The notes beneath the pieces are model-generated. The model searched no databases. It saw only the letters and a list, made by a program, of their open reading frames with translations, and was not told the DNA's origin. Below are positions 11,146 to 22,345 of a stretch of 64,000 nt of DNA, piece after piece (the first letter of the stretch is position 1; each line of letters starts with the position of its first letter). The stretch is taken from assembly GCA_000934665.2 (NCBI GenBank), contig JYFJ02000293.1:1-64000 (forward strand), written 5' to 3'. The position numbers and the translations under genes were made by a program. This DNA is from Catajapyx aquilonaris. Lineage: Eukaryota.

Positions 11146-13140
11146 TCACAGTTTGCACACACAGAGGATGTGCTCAGAAGCAAAACCTAAAAGAGAAATT
11201 GCCAAACCGACTAACCATAGGTTAAAGATGGCTGCAAGTTTTCCAAGGGTCAAGACGTCGTCTTCATGAGGAGACTTTTTGGCCTCCTGCGCTCTGATGT
11301 ATTCTAATGACTGGAGAAATTGCATGTACATGTAATGCTCTTGGATCTTGAATGGCAGGGCTGTTTCCACTGCTAATCGTAGAAATCTTTGTACGAAGTA
11401 ATGGGTCACACTGTTTGCACGGGTAAGACCTCCGGAAACATACGTCGGAAAGATCAGCTCCTCAGAGACCAGGATGGTTGGTGACCCAGTGGCCGTGTCT
11501 CTGAAGCGATACATTTCTCGAATCAGTAACAAGTCGATTCCAGCACAAGCTAGGTGCTCTTTCAAGGCCCTGTCCAGGCAACGCTGGACGCTGCCTCCCA
11601 ACTTCATTGCCCGAATGAACTTGCTGTGCTTTGGGTTGTCCTGAAGCGAACCGTATTTTTGCAATATGAAGAAATCCATTTGGTCGGCTTCGATCTTCCA
11701 GCCGGACTCGACCAGTTCTGTGAAATCGACAGGGACGAATTCCCTGGGAGGGTAGGTCAGGTAGGCGAATAACTTGGCCTTGTATCCGGTGATGACCACC
11801 ATTGAGAAGAAGAGGAAAGAAGAGGCCAGCACCAGGAAGTGACCCGCTTTGGGAAATGGCCTGGGCTGCTCGATCATGGCTCTCAATAAAATGTTGAATG
11901 ATGCCAACAGCTTCTTTCTGTAGGTAAGTGATTGACTGTGAGGTGCAAAACGTGTCAACGCGAATGTAGATGCCCATAAAATCATTAGTGCGACGATAAA
12001 CGTTACCCAAAACGTTGGTGAGTACGGCCTGTACAGCACTTTCCAGGTGACCTCACCTCCGGGCTTCCTCGTCAAAAAAGAAGCATGAGCATAAAAATGA
12101 GGTCTATGAAAGAGAAAGTGCCTCATAGTTTCCTCCGAAAGAAATACAAAAAATGCTCCATCTATTTTGCCAGAGATCAGGTCCCCTGTTAGTCCGACCC
12201 AAGTTCCGTTTGAAAGGTGACGATCCAAATCTGGACTAGTAACCTCTCTCAGATGATACGTCACATGTGCATTTAGTGATTTCTCTAGTTCAAAAAAAGC
12301 GCGTTCCATATCTGTCAAATGCATTTCACCCATTGTTTTTGCCCTCATCCTCACGTCTTCCATATCAACATTGATGTGGTAATTACCCACCCGATATGTT
12401 TGATTGTTCATCCTATTAGGCTCGCTGGGTCGAAAAATAGGCGGAAGAAAACCGTGGTGTCGGCTGAAGTGTCCGAGAGGAATGAGTTCAGTTTGTCCTT
12501 GGTGTCCGCAAAAGAAGCAAACAGTGTCCATCCGAAGCTTGTCCGACTCCATCAGTGTAGACACTTTGAGCCAGAGTGCACTTGCAGGAGGTGATTTCAA
12601 CAACTGGTGAACCTTCTCTGTTCCTTTCGATTGGAAATGAATCAGGAACCGATCGTATGCAGGCACCAACTTGACCATTGTGGCTGTGTACATGAGAAGC
12701 TGTGCAAACGAAGAGGGTTTCGATGGCAACAGAAGGTGAAGGGTGCAGGGCAGTCCGGACCACGCCCTGGACATGATGTCCGGAGGGACAGTCGCAAAGT
12801 CCAGCATTTCCTTCTGACTTTTCAACCAGGGGAAGTCACGAAATGTGTATGGGAAAGTGGTCATCCGGAGAGTGAATGAGGTCAGGTACTTGTCCCATTG
12901 TGACGAGAGGAGACCCCAAATGTCCTGTCCCAATCGTGTCTTGTCTGTGGACAGGACGAGCCCGCACTGTCTGAGGTCATCTCTTTCAGTCAGAAGAGTC
13001 CTGACCAGCAGAGACACCAGTTTGTCTTCTTCCTGATTCACTACAAGTGATATGTTCCCAACTCCATTCTTCGCTCCTGACCTCGCGTCACCTCCAAAGG
13101 CCACTAAAACCACGGAGAACCAAACGAGCGCTTGCAACAT
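11146..13140 (-). CDS. divergent ionotropic receptor (IR) copy 3, intronless, 664 aa
   Basis: Same iGluR/IR architecture as copy 2 (GYKAKLFAYLTYP); uninterrupted ORF. Confidence 0.88.
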   Translation of the reverse strand: MLQALVWFSVVLVAFGGDARSGAKNGVGNISLVVNQEEDKLVSLLVRTLLTERDDLRQCGLVLSTDKTRLGQDIWGLLSSQWDKYLTSFTLRMTTFPYTFRDFPWLKSQKEMLDFATVPPDIMSRAWSGLPCTLHLLLPSKPSSFAQLLMYTATMVKLVPAYDRFLIHFQSKGTEKVHQLLKSPPASALWLKVSTLMESDKLRMDTVCFFCGHQGQTELIPLGHFSRHHGFLPPIFRPSEPNRMNNQTYRVGNYHINVDMEDVRMRAKTMGEMHLTDMERAFFELEKSLNAHVTYHLREVTSPDLDRHLSNGTWVGLTGDLISGKIDGAFFVFLSEETMRHFLFHRPHFYAHASFLTRKPGGEVTWKVLYRPYSPTFWVTFIVALMILWASTFALTRFAPHSQSLTYRKKLLASFNILLRAMIEQPRPFPKAGHFLVLASSFLFFSMVVITGYKAKLFAYLTYPPREFVPVDFTELVESGWKIEADQMDFFILQKYGSLQDNPKHSKFIRAMKLGGSVQRCLDRALKEHLACAGIDLLLIREMYRFRDTATGSPTILVSEELIFPTYVSGGLTRANSVTHYFVQRFLRLAVETALPFKIQEHYMYMQFLQSLEYIRAQEAKKSPHEDDVLTLGKLAAIFNLWLVGLAISLLGFASEHILCVCKL

Positions 13141-14755
13141 GTCCTCTAGCTTCTTACCTTCTGAAGCCTCTACCTTTGACGACCTTCTCTCCAAATGTCG
13201 CCAATTATTATTGCTACTCTATACATATTTAATTAGGCAGGTCCAAAGTGAGCCGCTGTCATACCAAGTGTGCAGTTACATCTTTAATTATTCGCACAGC
13301 AGTCGGAGGCACTACCGCTACATGCTGTCATGTTTGGTATGATATTACTTACTACAGACTGTATACCTGCTGTCACATATTAGACCAAAATCATTTATTC
13401 CAAAACAGGCAGTCAATACTCAATAACAGCACATGTACAAATTTCACTCATATCTAATTTTAATTTTTTCAGTAAAACTGAAACAACACATGACTTTAAG
13501 CGTCGATAACTTTATCACCGAGATGAGTTACAATTTCTGGCCTAACTAAATGCGTCCAATTAACCTAATATTATTACACAGTTTTATTGTGTTAATTATT
13601 TTGAAGAGATGAGAAATTGGTCGAACCTGGCTGTCAATAAAAAGCTGTAAACATAATATAGTGGATGTTTCTTCCAACTGCCACTAGTTGCTGCTAACTT
13701 AGTAGCACCAATCAATGTTGGCAATCATGGTAAGTCTAATAAGTTAGCAGTGGGACGAAAATTCCACCCATAATTATTTATTATGCACCTGGAAAGTATA
13801 GAAGGATAACATAACAGGCAGTTGGTTGCGTAATTAATTGTTTGTTTAATCTTCCATTGAAACAGCAGCCAAACAACAATAAAAACAGCAGCAATAACAG
13901 CGATGCAGCGATTGGTCGGTTGTGTTGTGTTGGGATATATAGTTACGTCACCTTTGACACATCTCGAGGTTTAAGCCACTTGTTCTGGTCGCAATGACCA
14001 TTTGGAATGTCGCGTTATCACTTCTTCTTTTTTTTTTACACACCTGTTTCGTCGTGTCCTCTGAGGTTGCTACGAGCTACTAAAGCATTGTTAGCGTTTA
14101 ATGTTGGCAGCCACGCAAAAGCACGGTTGGTCCTCTCTCAGTATACTCTTCCAGCTCTGTGGCTTTCGACTGAGACTATATAGCCAGGGTACTACCAGCT
14201 TCATCTTTTTTGTCTGGAATAGTACACCTGACATGTCTCAGACTAGGCCACACTGCACATGATAAAATTATTTGCTGGTAACACCGAAAATTTACCGTCT
14301 ACTTTTTCTCACAGAAAATACTCCTCTATACTCGATTAGGAGCTTGCGACACTTCGTCTGACTCTAACGTGTAATCCCTTGAAATTAAAATTAAAATTAA
14401 TTAATATTATATACTTCGCTGTATCCATATAATGTCCCATTTTTCTTTTGCATGTTGAACGTACAGACAAACGCTATAGTATATTCTGATCGACGATCTA
14501 GTTTGTTGATCTATTTGACTGTATGACACGAGTTTTACATGCTTTGTGATGCTTTATACACCTTGCAGCGCGGTTGGTAAAACCCGGTTTGGACCCAATA
14601 TTTCGGCAAATGGAAGACAACAATTTGTGCAAACGAAAATCGATGGAAATTGGCAAATCTTCTTTAAAAGCGATTAAGCACTTGCATAACCTTGCAATTA
14701 AGAGAAAGGAGATCATTTTACAGTACTTTGAGTAGTTGAAAGGAATTTTCTGCTT

Positions 14756-15210
14756 TAGATAAATTTTTTAGTACGAGCGCAACCGAGTGCGCACGTACAG
14801 TTGCGCAGCTCCATTGCCTTAGGTTCGTTTCTGAGATTTGGCAACGTCGCAAATGTCGGCCATTTTGTTTCGCCCCTCAAGCGTAGCGTTGGAAATAAAT
14901 GCAGAGCTTATTTACCAATACATCCACTATAGCCAGATCTTACCTATTATTTCTTTATAAGCGCAACTGAACAGTTCGCGCAAATTGTTTCCAACACTAC
15001 TTTTGAAGGGGTAACAATACGGTCGACTTTTGTGACATTACCAAGGCTCTGCAACGAAGAACAATAGACTTGCGCGAGCGTTTGTGCGCACTCGGTTGAG
15101 TTCGTAAACAATATTCATCTATAACCATTGATAATGCCAACCGTGCAGGCTGCGCGAACTGTGGTGCGCACTCGGTTGCGCTCGTTTTTTTTAAAAACTA
15201 GATATCATCC
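14756..15210. mobile_element. degenerate foldback/MITE with a duplicated right arm
   Basis: 14756-~14915 pairs imperfectly with ~14975-15121; ACGAGCGCAACCGAGTGCGCAC (14773) is also perfectly inverted at 15164-15185. Confidence 0.7.
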
Positions 15211-15499
15211 ATATTAGCCTAGTGTAATATGACTCCAACCCTCAAGCGAAAGTCTCATCCCAATCAAACTTCCACCAAATAAATTAATTACGTCTGTTGC
15301 TTCCATTTGCAAGGTAACCGCGGTTCGGTGTACGTAATTGACAACAATCAACCAGTAGTAGGGTTGACTCCCAAAAGACACGCCGGTCTTCAACATTATT
15401 TTTTTATCTTTTGGTCCTGCTAACGAAGCGCGCCGTAGTGTTGCGCCGTACTTGAAAATCTTCAAAATTTGCATCCTTCTCTGCAGCAGCTGGAGTTGT

Positions 15500-18400
15500 T
15501 CAGATGATGAGGTAGAAGGACCAGTAGACGGCGTTGAACAGCGTGAACGACACGGGAAAGATGACCCTCGAGTACTTGTCGATGATGTTGACGTCCTTGA
15601 TTTGCGGCATCGACACGTGCAGGTTGCGCGCCCTCTTGCGCAGCGACTGCAAGATTCGGTGGCCCTGTCCTTGCCCCTGATTGGCCGCCGCCGACGTTCT
15701 TTGGTAGTGATGCGCACGCGCGACCCTGATCGACGGAGGTAGACTCGACGATTTGTGGCGCATGCGCAAGGATGGGAGGGGCGACATGTTCAGATCCTCG
15801 GCTATTGGCAGGCGCTGCTGGGGGGCGGAGCCTCCCGATGAGTCTGCGCCTGCGCCGCTGGTTGCGCCTGCGCCGTCCGCGGCCATCTTTGACGCTTTCT
15901 TCTTCGCTCTTGCGCCCCAGTAGGTGTAGTTAACAGCTGCGTACTCCAGCAGCGCAGCGAACACGAACACGAAGCACATCACCAGGTATATGTCTATCGC
16001 TTTCACGTAAGAGATGCGCGGGAGGGAACTGCGCACGCCCGTGCTGATTGTCGTCATGGTTAGCACCGTTGTTATACCTGAAAGATATTAGTCGTTAGCT
16101 GAAGGATACGCAAGTCACGATAACTGTAGCGCTCCTCATGACGAGTTCAGCGCAACTGTTAGCGTGATTCGAGTACGTCTCATAAAGGTACAATCTTATA
16201 CGAGGGGCGCTGTTTTTAGACTTTTTCTTATCAAAAAAAGGTATGTCCGTCCGTGGACAGGTATCAGAGCCTAAACCGTAAGAGATAAGGACAAACGGTT
16301 TTCGGATTCGGATTTATCTGACCCTAAATAGGTTTCATGGCCAACTTCCACTTTTCCTGGGTTCACTCTATTCGCCAACGTCAAGTCTACACGATTTAGA
16401 CATTAATTTTGACCGGTTCATTGGCTAAGGGAAATGACGAGGCTGACAACATTCTATGTGATTGTTCTCCAATTAGAATCGCATCGTGTCGTATCGGTCA
16501 CATTCTAACAATTTCAACCAAGTTGTCAGCCTAATTTCTCGCTGCCCAATGAGAAAAAGTCTACTCGAATCGTGCTCCAAAAGTCTACTCGAATCACACT
16601 CGTTATTTGCCAATCTTGTTTTTTTGGTGGGGGTTCCTAACCGAGAGCTACTCTTGCGGACGTAGCCTCGTGGTTGATCCAGAAGGAGACCCAGGAGAGC
16701 ATGACGATGAGTATCGATGGTAGGTATGTCTGGAAGACGAAGTATCCGATGTTCCTCTGCATTAGGAAGGACAATGAGAGTCGTTGGTACACTCCGGTAG
16801 CCAGCTTCTCCTTCCTGTCCGTGGTTTCGTAGTTGAGGACAGTGAACTGCGGAAGACGTGTTTCTTCCACGCCCATCACCGGACTCGCCTTCCAGTACAT
16901 CACAACGTCGTTGACCGTGTATCCATCTGAAGTGTATCACATTATGAAGCAGATGGCTGTACTATAACACGCAAAAAGATTGTCGCACTGTGTTGTTAGA
17001 GCAAACAAAAAGTTGCGGACAACAGAGTGAGACAATCTTTTTGCGTGTTATAGTACAGCATATACTTACAGCTCTCAATTTCGACTGTACAGTTCTGAGT
17101 GTCCAGTGGGTAGTAGTGTAGGTCCATCATGCAGGCTAGTGTTGTGGTGAACCTCATGCCGTACGTGATGCTTCCGTCTCCGTGCAGCCGTACCATCTTG
17201 TTCCTTTCAGTCACATCGTGCAGGAAGCTGCTTTTGTCGTTGGCGAAGAAAGTGTCCGGCACCCAAATCCTTTCAGCAAAGTCTCCAGACAATGTCAGGA
17301 CGTCCTCTTCTTTGCTGAACGCCAACCGCTCATCCTTCCAGTACTGGTTCAGGTACATTGTGATGGTGTAGTCCTGTGGGTATAAGTAAATAGAAGAGGA
17401 AAAAAGCCCGGAAGTAATTAATTTCTGCTAAGCTTGCAAGACATTCTTGAACCTGCCGCAAAGCTGCATATAAAAATAGAAGCCACAGCATCGATTTAGT
17501 GGTATGCTACATTCAAAAATAAAAGGTCCGCAGGCTCTTTTTAAAATAACAACCATTATTTCATCCATTCATACTGCTGAGGAAGGGGGAAATTATAATA
17601 GACTTGGGATGCGTGTTGGAAGGGCTGTTGGCATCGGGTCTGCTGTTGTGCGCAATATCTCACAAGTTACTTGGCAACCGTGTGACGTCTTTAATCCGAA
17701 AAATCGGTTCTGAGATTTCGCCCTAAATGGAATAAAAAATACTTGTTTTCAACATTAAAAGTACAGCCTGATTTACTATTGTAAAGCAGCTGGATTTATC
17801 GTTGATTTTTGTCTCTTATCAGTTGCCCATGTATAGCCACAGAGAATTCATTAAAAAAGTGAAATCTGATCGAATTGGAATAAATTGTGATTGTCCTACT
17901 TACTAATTACGCATCATTGAGTCATGCTTCGTTTGCAACGGTAATTTGGCGTTACTATCACAGTGGTAACTAAAAATAACGAACATTCCCCGTCTAGTCT
18001 GGGTGTTATGCAAAAAGGAGGTAACCCCAGTGCACAAATAGAAATAGCTTAGTATTTTTGGGCAGCATAAAATGTGGATAGTATAAATTATAATAGTTTT
18101 GCTGCGCTCTGCGAAAAGAAAAAAAAATGTTGAAATGAGTTATGGATAGGGGGGGAAGAGAAAATTTGCAAAAACAAATAACGGATAAATTAGCAGAGGT
18201 CAAAAGCATATTCCGGGTGCCTCGAGGCAATTAACTCGACACAATATGAAATGCCATAATAACATTTCACAAAATAAGCTCGCATTGTGCAGTTAATCAC
18301 AGGAAATGGCGAAACAAGGCCTGCGCTGGAAACAATAAATGCTCATGCCAGCCAAATCTATTGGGCAGTATAATTTCACTCAGAAACTAGTTCTGCGTGT

Positions 18401-20317
18401 GTATACAAAACTTATTTGTTTTTAAAATTTTTGATAGAAGCGGGTCAGCAGTTAACTAACGACAACAAAAACTAGCACTAAAACAACTTCAGCTCCCACA
18501 GACATCAATTAACCAATTAACTTCCTAACAATTCCGCGTTTCTCAAAATTATAGCTGTATCTGGCCCGCCAAAATCCAGAATTATCTATAAATATAATAA
18601 GTTAAGTATACGTATGTGTATATGTACTGTATGTGCAATATAATCATTTTGTAGCGAAAATACATGTACTGAGCTTCTGCGCAGAGCACTTCGCACTACC
18701 CAAGTCCGCAGCAGTTAAAGGAAGGAATAATACTTGAGAAAATTGTGGATTGTTTACCCTCACATTTTAGTTTAAAGAGAAGCGACCTTATACGAGTATT
18801 TTGAGTTGAAAATTCACCCTTCAAATTGTTATCAAAAGTAATTTGTAATTTTTTTGAATAGATAAAGAAAATAAATAGCCTGGCCTTCAAATATCATGGA
18901 GAGAGTCACTGGTCTACATTACCCGAATTCGCATTTTTATTATGTATATAGTAAATTAAAGTAATTTTAATGTCCAAAAATAAAGCAACATACGGCACAA
19001 TGCACATGGCGGGGAACATTAGGCGACAATAGAGCAATTACGTCATAAAAATAGTTTGCAAAATTCTTGGTGCAAAAGATGTGCATGATATTCATGTACA
19101 AACGGTTACTCTATGAATGTTAATAAATACATTATTATTCTAGGTCAAGTTGCATAATATTGAGGCTGGTATGTGTTTCGTATGTCCTCAATTATTTTGA
19201 CAATATATTTACATTTAAAAATAAAAAAAATGAAATGCAGTATTGCAACTTTCAGGTACGAAAAGTTCTTGCTCCAAGCATAAGAGATGTGATTAAGAAA
19301 TGCTAATTGCTTCGAGAACACATCTATACATACATAGTCTAAAGGGATCGCTTGGATCCCAAGAGCTCCACTTATTTAAAAAATGTTCGTCCGAATCATT
19401 ACGAAAGCCTTTATTTCGATATATACTGTATATATTTAAATCCTTTGAATTACTATTGATTTGAACTAATACAATATCAGCCATATTTTATCAGAAAGTG
19501 AGGCTAACAGCATGCCACCTGTCGCACATGTGACATCACTTCTCTCAGCCCAATTTTTTTCCCCGGGCCTGTTGTCTCCACCCCAACTAATGATCAACCT
19601 ATAATAACTGATTGTTTCCCTTCGATCGCAAGTATTCGGACAAATTCCCCCAGTTCGCGTGTCGCCGCGCATAGCGAATCATTCACTTGCCGACTGATAT
19701 GTGTGTTTACGGTCCGGGTAATGGGTCTATTTTGAAATAAATAAATCCCCTGCTAGTGTAGCAGGGATTTGCCAAGCGCTATTCATCCTTCCAGAGAGTG
19801 ATCGATTGTTACCAAAATCATGCGCGCCGGCGCACCTGCAGCATCCAAAATGGACTCACCTTGCACACACACAACATCATCATCAAAAAAGGGGTGGGTG
19901 GGTGGAACTCACAACAACAACAACAACATTTATCGGGGAAAACCAATAAGAGCACTCACCATGTTCACCTCCGATATTGAATCGAAACTCGCTATGTTCA
20001 AGTCCATTCCGACGTAAAGAGCATCTCCTGCATATAGGATAAACAAATTACAGTGACATTGACCTAGTTGTCGATTTATATAGGACGTACCGCCAAAATT
20101 GGGCCTGAGCCGGATGTCATAGTCGTCCAGCATCGTCTGGAGGGTTTGAGTCACGTTATTCAGCCGGTTGCTGGACGTCGCCCCCAACATGTCACTTCTG
20201 CCAACATAACAAATGCGACACTGACATTGCAATAATTAAACTCCCCCCCGAAGACTAATTGAGCAATTACCTGGCTGCGAGGAAGAGGCTGAATCCGAGA
20301 ATGAGAGGCTGGGCCAT
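15500..20317 (-). CDS. Lcch3: GABA receptor beta-like Cys-loop subunit LCCH3, 462 aa
   Basis: Exons 20317-20271, 20197-20091, 20027-19960, 17373-17070, 16926-16642, 16077-15500 (1389 nt, GT-AG, phases consistent); signal peptide [26 protein letters not shown]; Cys-loop [16 protein letters not shown]2 region [41 protein letters not shown] typical of LCCH3. Confidence 0.95.
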
Positions 20318-20782
20318 TTCATCCAGGAGCCCAGAGCCACCGTCTTGTGGAGGATTCCCTGGATCCGACACCAGGGGGCAGCTAGGGCGGACGGCGCCGT
20401 CGTTGTCGCGATTTTGTCGCCGTCGTCACACCCACCCCACCCCACTCTTGGCCCACCCCAGCCTCCCAACCACCTCCTCCAAACACCACTTTAGTGTCAA
20501 CCTGGATTGGTGTCACCCACTTGGCAAACGATCGTATGTTGATGCCTTTTTTTTGTTGAAAGGGGTGTGGGTTAGATGGGAGGAAAAAGAAAGAAAGAAG
20601 AAGAAAAAAGTCATAAGATGCGGAAAAATGAGCGAAATATGTAAACACGCTCTAAATCTAGTGGTTGGAATATCCTCCAGTATGATTTGAAAAGTTGGAA
20701 CAGCTGGGTGGTCAATATAGGGAACATCTTGTATGTCATACTACACGTGCAGCATCGAGGGGTTAGTCACTTATGAAATCCT

Positions 20783-21187
20783 TCGTACACCGAGACTGAA
20801 GTCCGGCTCTAGTCTGGTCGAAGTCCAGGTGAAGTCGGGCCGATGTCGGGCCGATGTCGGGCCGAAGTCCGACTGAAGTCTGGTCGAAGTCCAGGTGAAG
20901 TTCGGTCTAAGTCGGGCCGATGTCGGGCCGAAGTCCGGTCGAAGTCTGGTCGAAGTCCGACTGAAGTCCGACTGAAGTCTGGTCGAAGTCCAGGTGAAGT
21001 CCGGCCGAAGTCTGGTCGGAGTCCGACTGAAATCTGGTCGAAGTCGGGCCGAAGTCCGGTCGAAGTCCGACTGAAGTCCGACTGAAGTCTGGTCGAAGTC
21101 GGGCCGATGTCGGGCCGATGTCGGGTCGAAGTCCTGTCGAAGTCTGGTCGAAGTCCGACTGAAGTCTGGTCGAAGTCCGTCGTACAC
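20783..21187. repeat. 11-bp minisatellite (GAAGTCYGGTC / GAAGTCCGACT / GATGTCGGGCC), ~35 units
   Basis: Tandem 11-mers at 20791-21179, bounded by the direct 8-mer TCGTACAC at 20783-20790 and 21180-21187. Confidence 0.9.
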
Positions 21188-21894
21188 TATTATTATAGTA
21201 TCAAATGACTTTTAACCCATCGTGCAGGATACTTCGTTTTAAGAAGTATATCCTGCAGGATATTCCTTCTAGGCTCAACATGATCTAAACTTTGGCCACG
21301 TCTCGAACGCGATTCTATTCCCAATGGGCCTACTAAACAAAGTCAGTAGGTTAGATCCATGAGGGCGGAATGATCAAAAATGTATGTGACTGTTGATGAC
21401 AAGGTGGGAGGAGGATCGGAACATATGACGTAATAATTTTGCAGTAGAGCAAAGTCCTGTGCCAAGTGATTATAAACCTGTCATCTGCCCAGAGGAGGAG
21501 GGAATGGTCCAAGCCTGGGAAGTGATGTCATTATTAAAGGCGTTAAAAGCAAAAAGGTGTTGCGAGCTCCCCAAAACTAATCGATTTTCACTGTTCCCTC
21601 AGCTTCATCGGGTACTAGTTAAGGTAATATTGCATCAGTGTGACAGTAGGATATGGAGAAGCTCAAGACGATTGTCATTAGGCACATTTGCGGATGAATG
21701 TATTAAAATTTTATATAACGTTTGTGCAATCTTTTCCGGTATTAATGAAGGTGCTTTACCGTCTCCCCATCAGTTCAGATTTCCTACAAAAATTACACCG
21801 TATTTAAAAGTGTCGCCAAAAAGAGATGCAATTGTCCGAATCATTTTTTGACATGTCGCATTGGGTTCAGCGGATTTCCAGTGAACTAATAGGA

Positions 21895-22172
21895 GCATCC
21901 TATTGGCTGTGAGACAACCTGCGCTTGACGAACTGCGCAGCCACGCATGCGCACAACCCACAGTCCATCCTATTGGCTGAGACTTCCCGCACCTGCGCAT
22001 AACAAACCGTGCAGGCATGCATGCGTACAATCAGTCCATCCTATTGGCTGTGAGACAACCTGCGCTTGACGAACTGCGCAGCCACGCATGCGCACAACCC
22101 ACAGTCCATCCTATTGGCTGAGACTTCCCGCACCTGCGCATCACAAACTGAGCAGCCAATGGGCATGCGCGC
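21895..22172. promoter_or_regulatory. tandem CCAAT-box / GCGCATGCGC-like array in the divergent GABA-subunit promoter
   Basis: 141-bp duplication made of ~70-bp subunits; CTATTGGCTG at ~21900, 21970, 22041, 22111; forward GCAGCCAAT at 22152; CGCATGCGCA at 21944 and 22085. Confidence 0.6.
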
Positions 22173-22345
22173 AACCCAGAGTACGCGGTTCACTACCTTC
22201 TGAACGCAACCAAATATCCAGACCCGGCCGTTGACCAACTGGGTGGTAATTCCGTCTTCTCACGTGATCGCCATAACTTTCGCTGGTCCTCTCTCCACGG
22301 GTGAGAGGGCGTCTTCTTTCGCACCCAGTTTCAACCAGGACGGCG

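Larger units (their letters stand above)
880..13770. repeat. tandem segmental triplication carrying the IR genes
   Basis: Units ~880-4617, ~6030-9867 and ~10510-13750 share coding sequence and both flanks (e.g. GCTGGAAAGAAAATGGGAAGAC at ~1053, ~6051, ~10680). Confidence 0.9.

Noticed and set aside
13153..13160. Minus-strand AG|GTAAG donor-like site just upstream of the IR3 ATG
   Set aside because: Its use would remove the signal-peptide start; no supporting acceptor identified
16213..16345. GTCCGTCCGT..AAACCGTAAGAGATA fragment resembling DINE/HINE elements
   Set aside because: Too short, no second copy in the window, ends undefined
20028..20090. Stop-free 3n introns read through by the ORF track (also 26136-26201 and 53492-53548)
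   Set aside because: Canonical splice sites at conserved positions; retention would insert into folded domains; no evidence of retention
20771..21187. Long repetitive ORFs here and at 39533-39778, 41280-42305 and 48949-49464
   Set aside because: By-products of stop-poor tandem repeats, often open in several frames and on both strands
21460..21650. ORF segment EVMSLLKALKAKR resembling the LINE pre-RT region
   Set aside because: Similarity too weak to call without an HMM search
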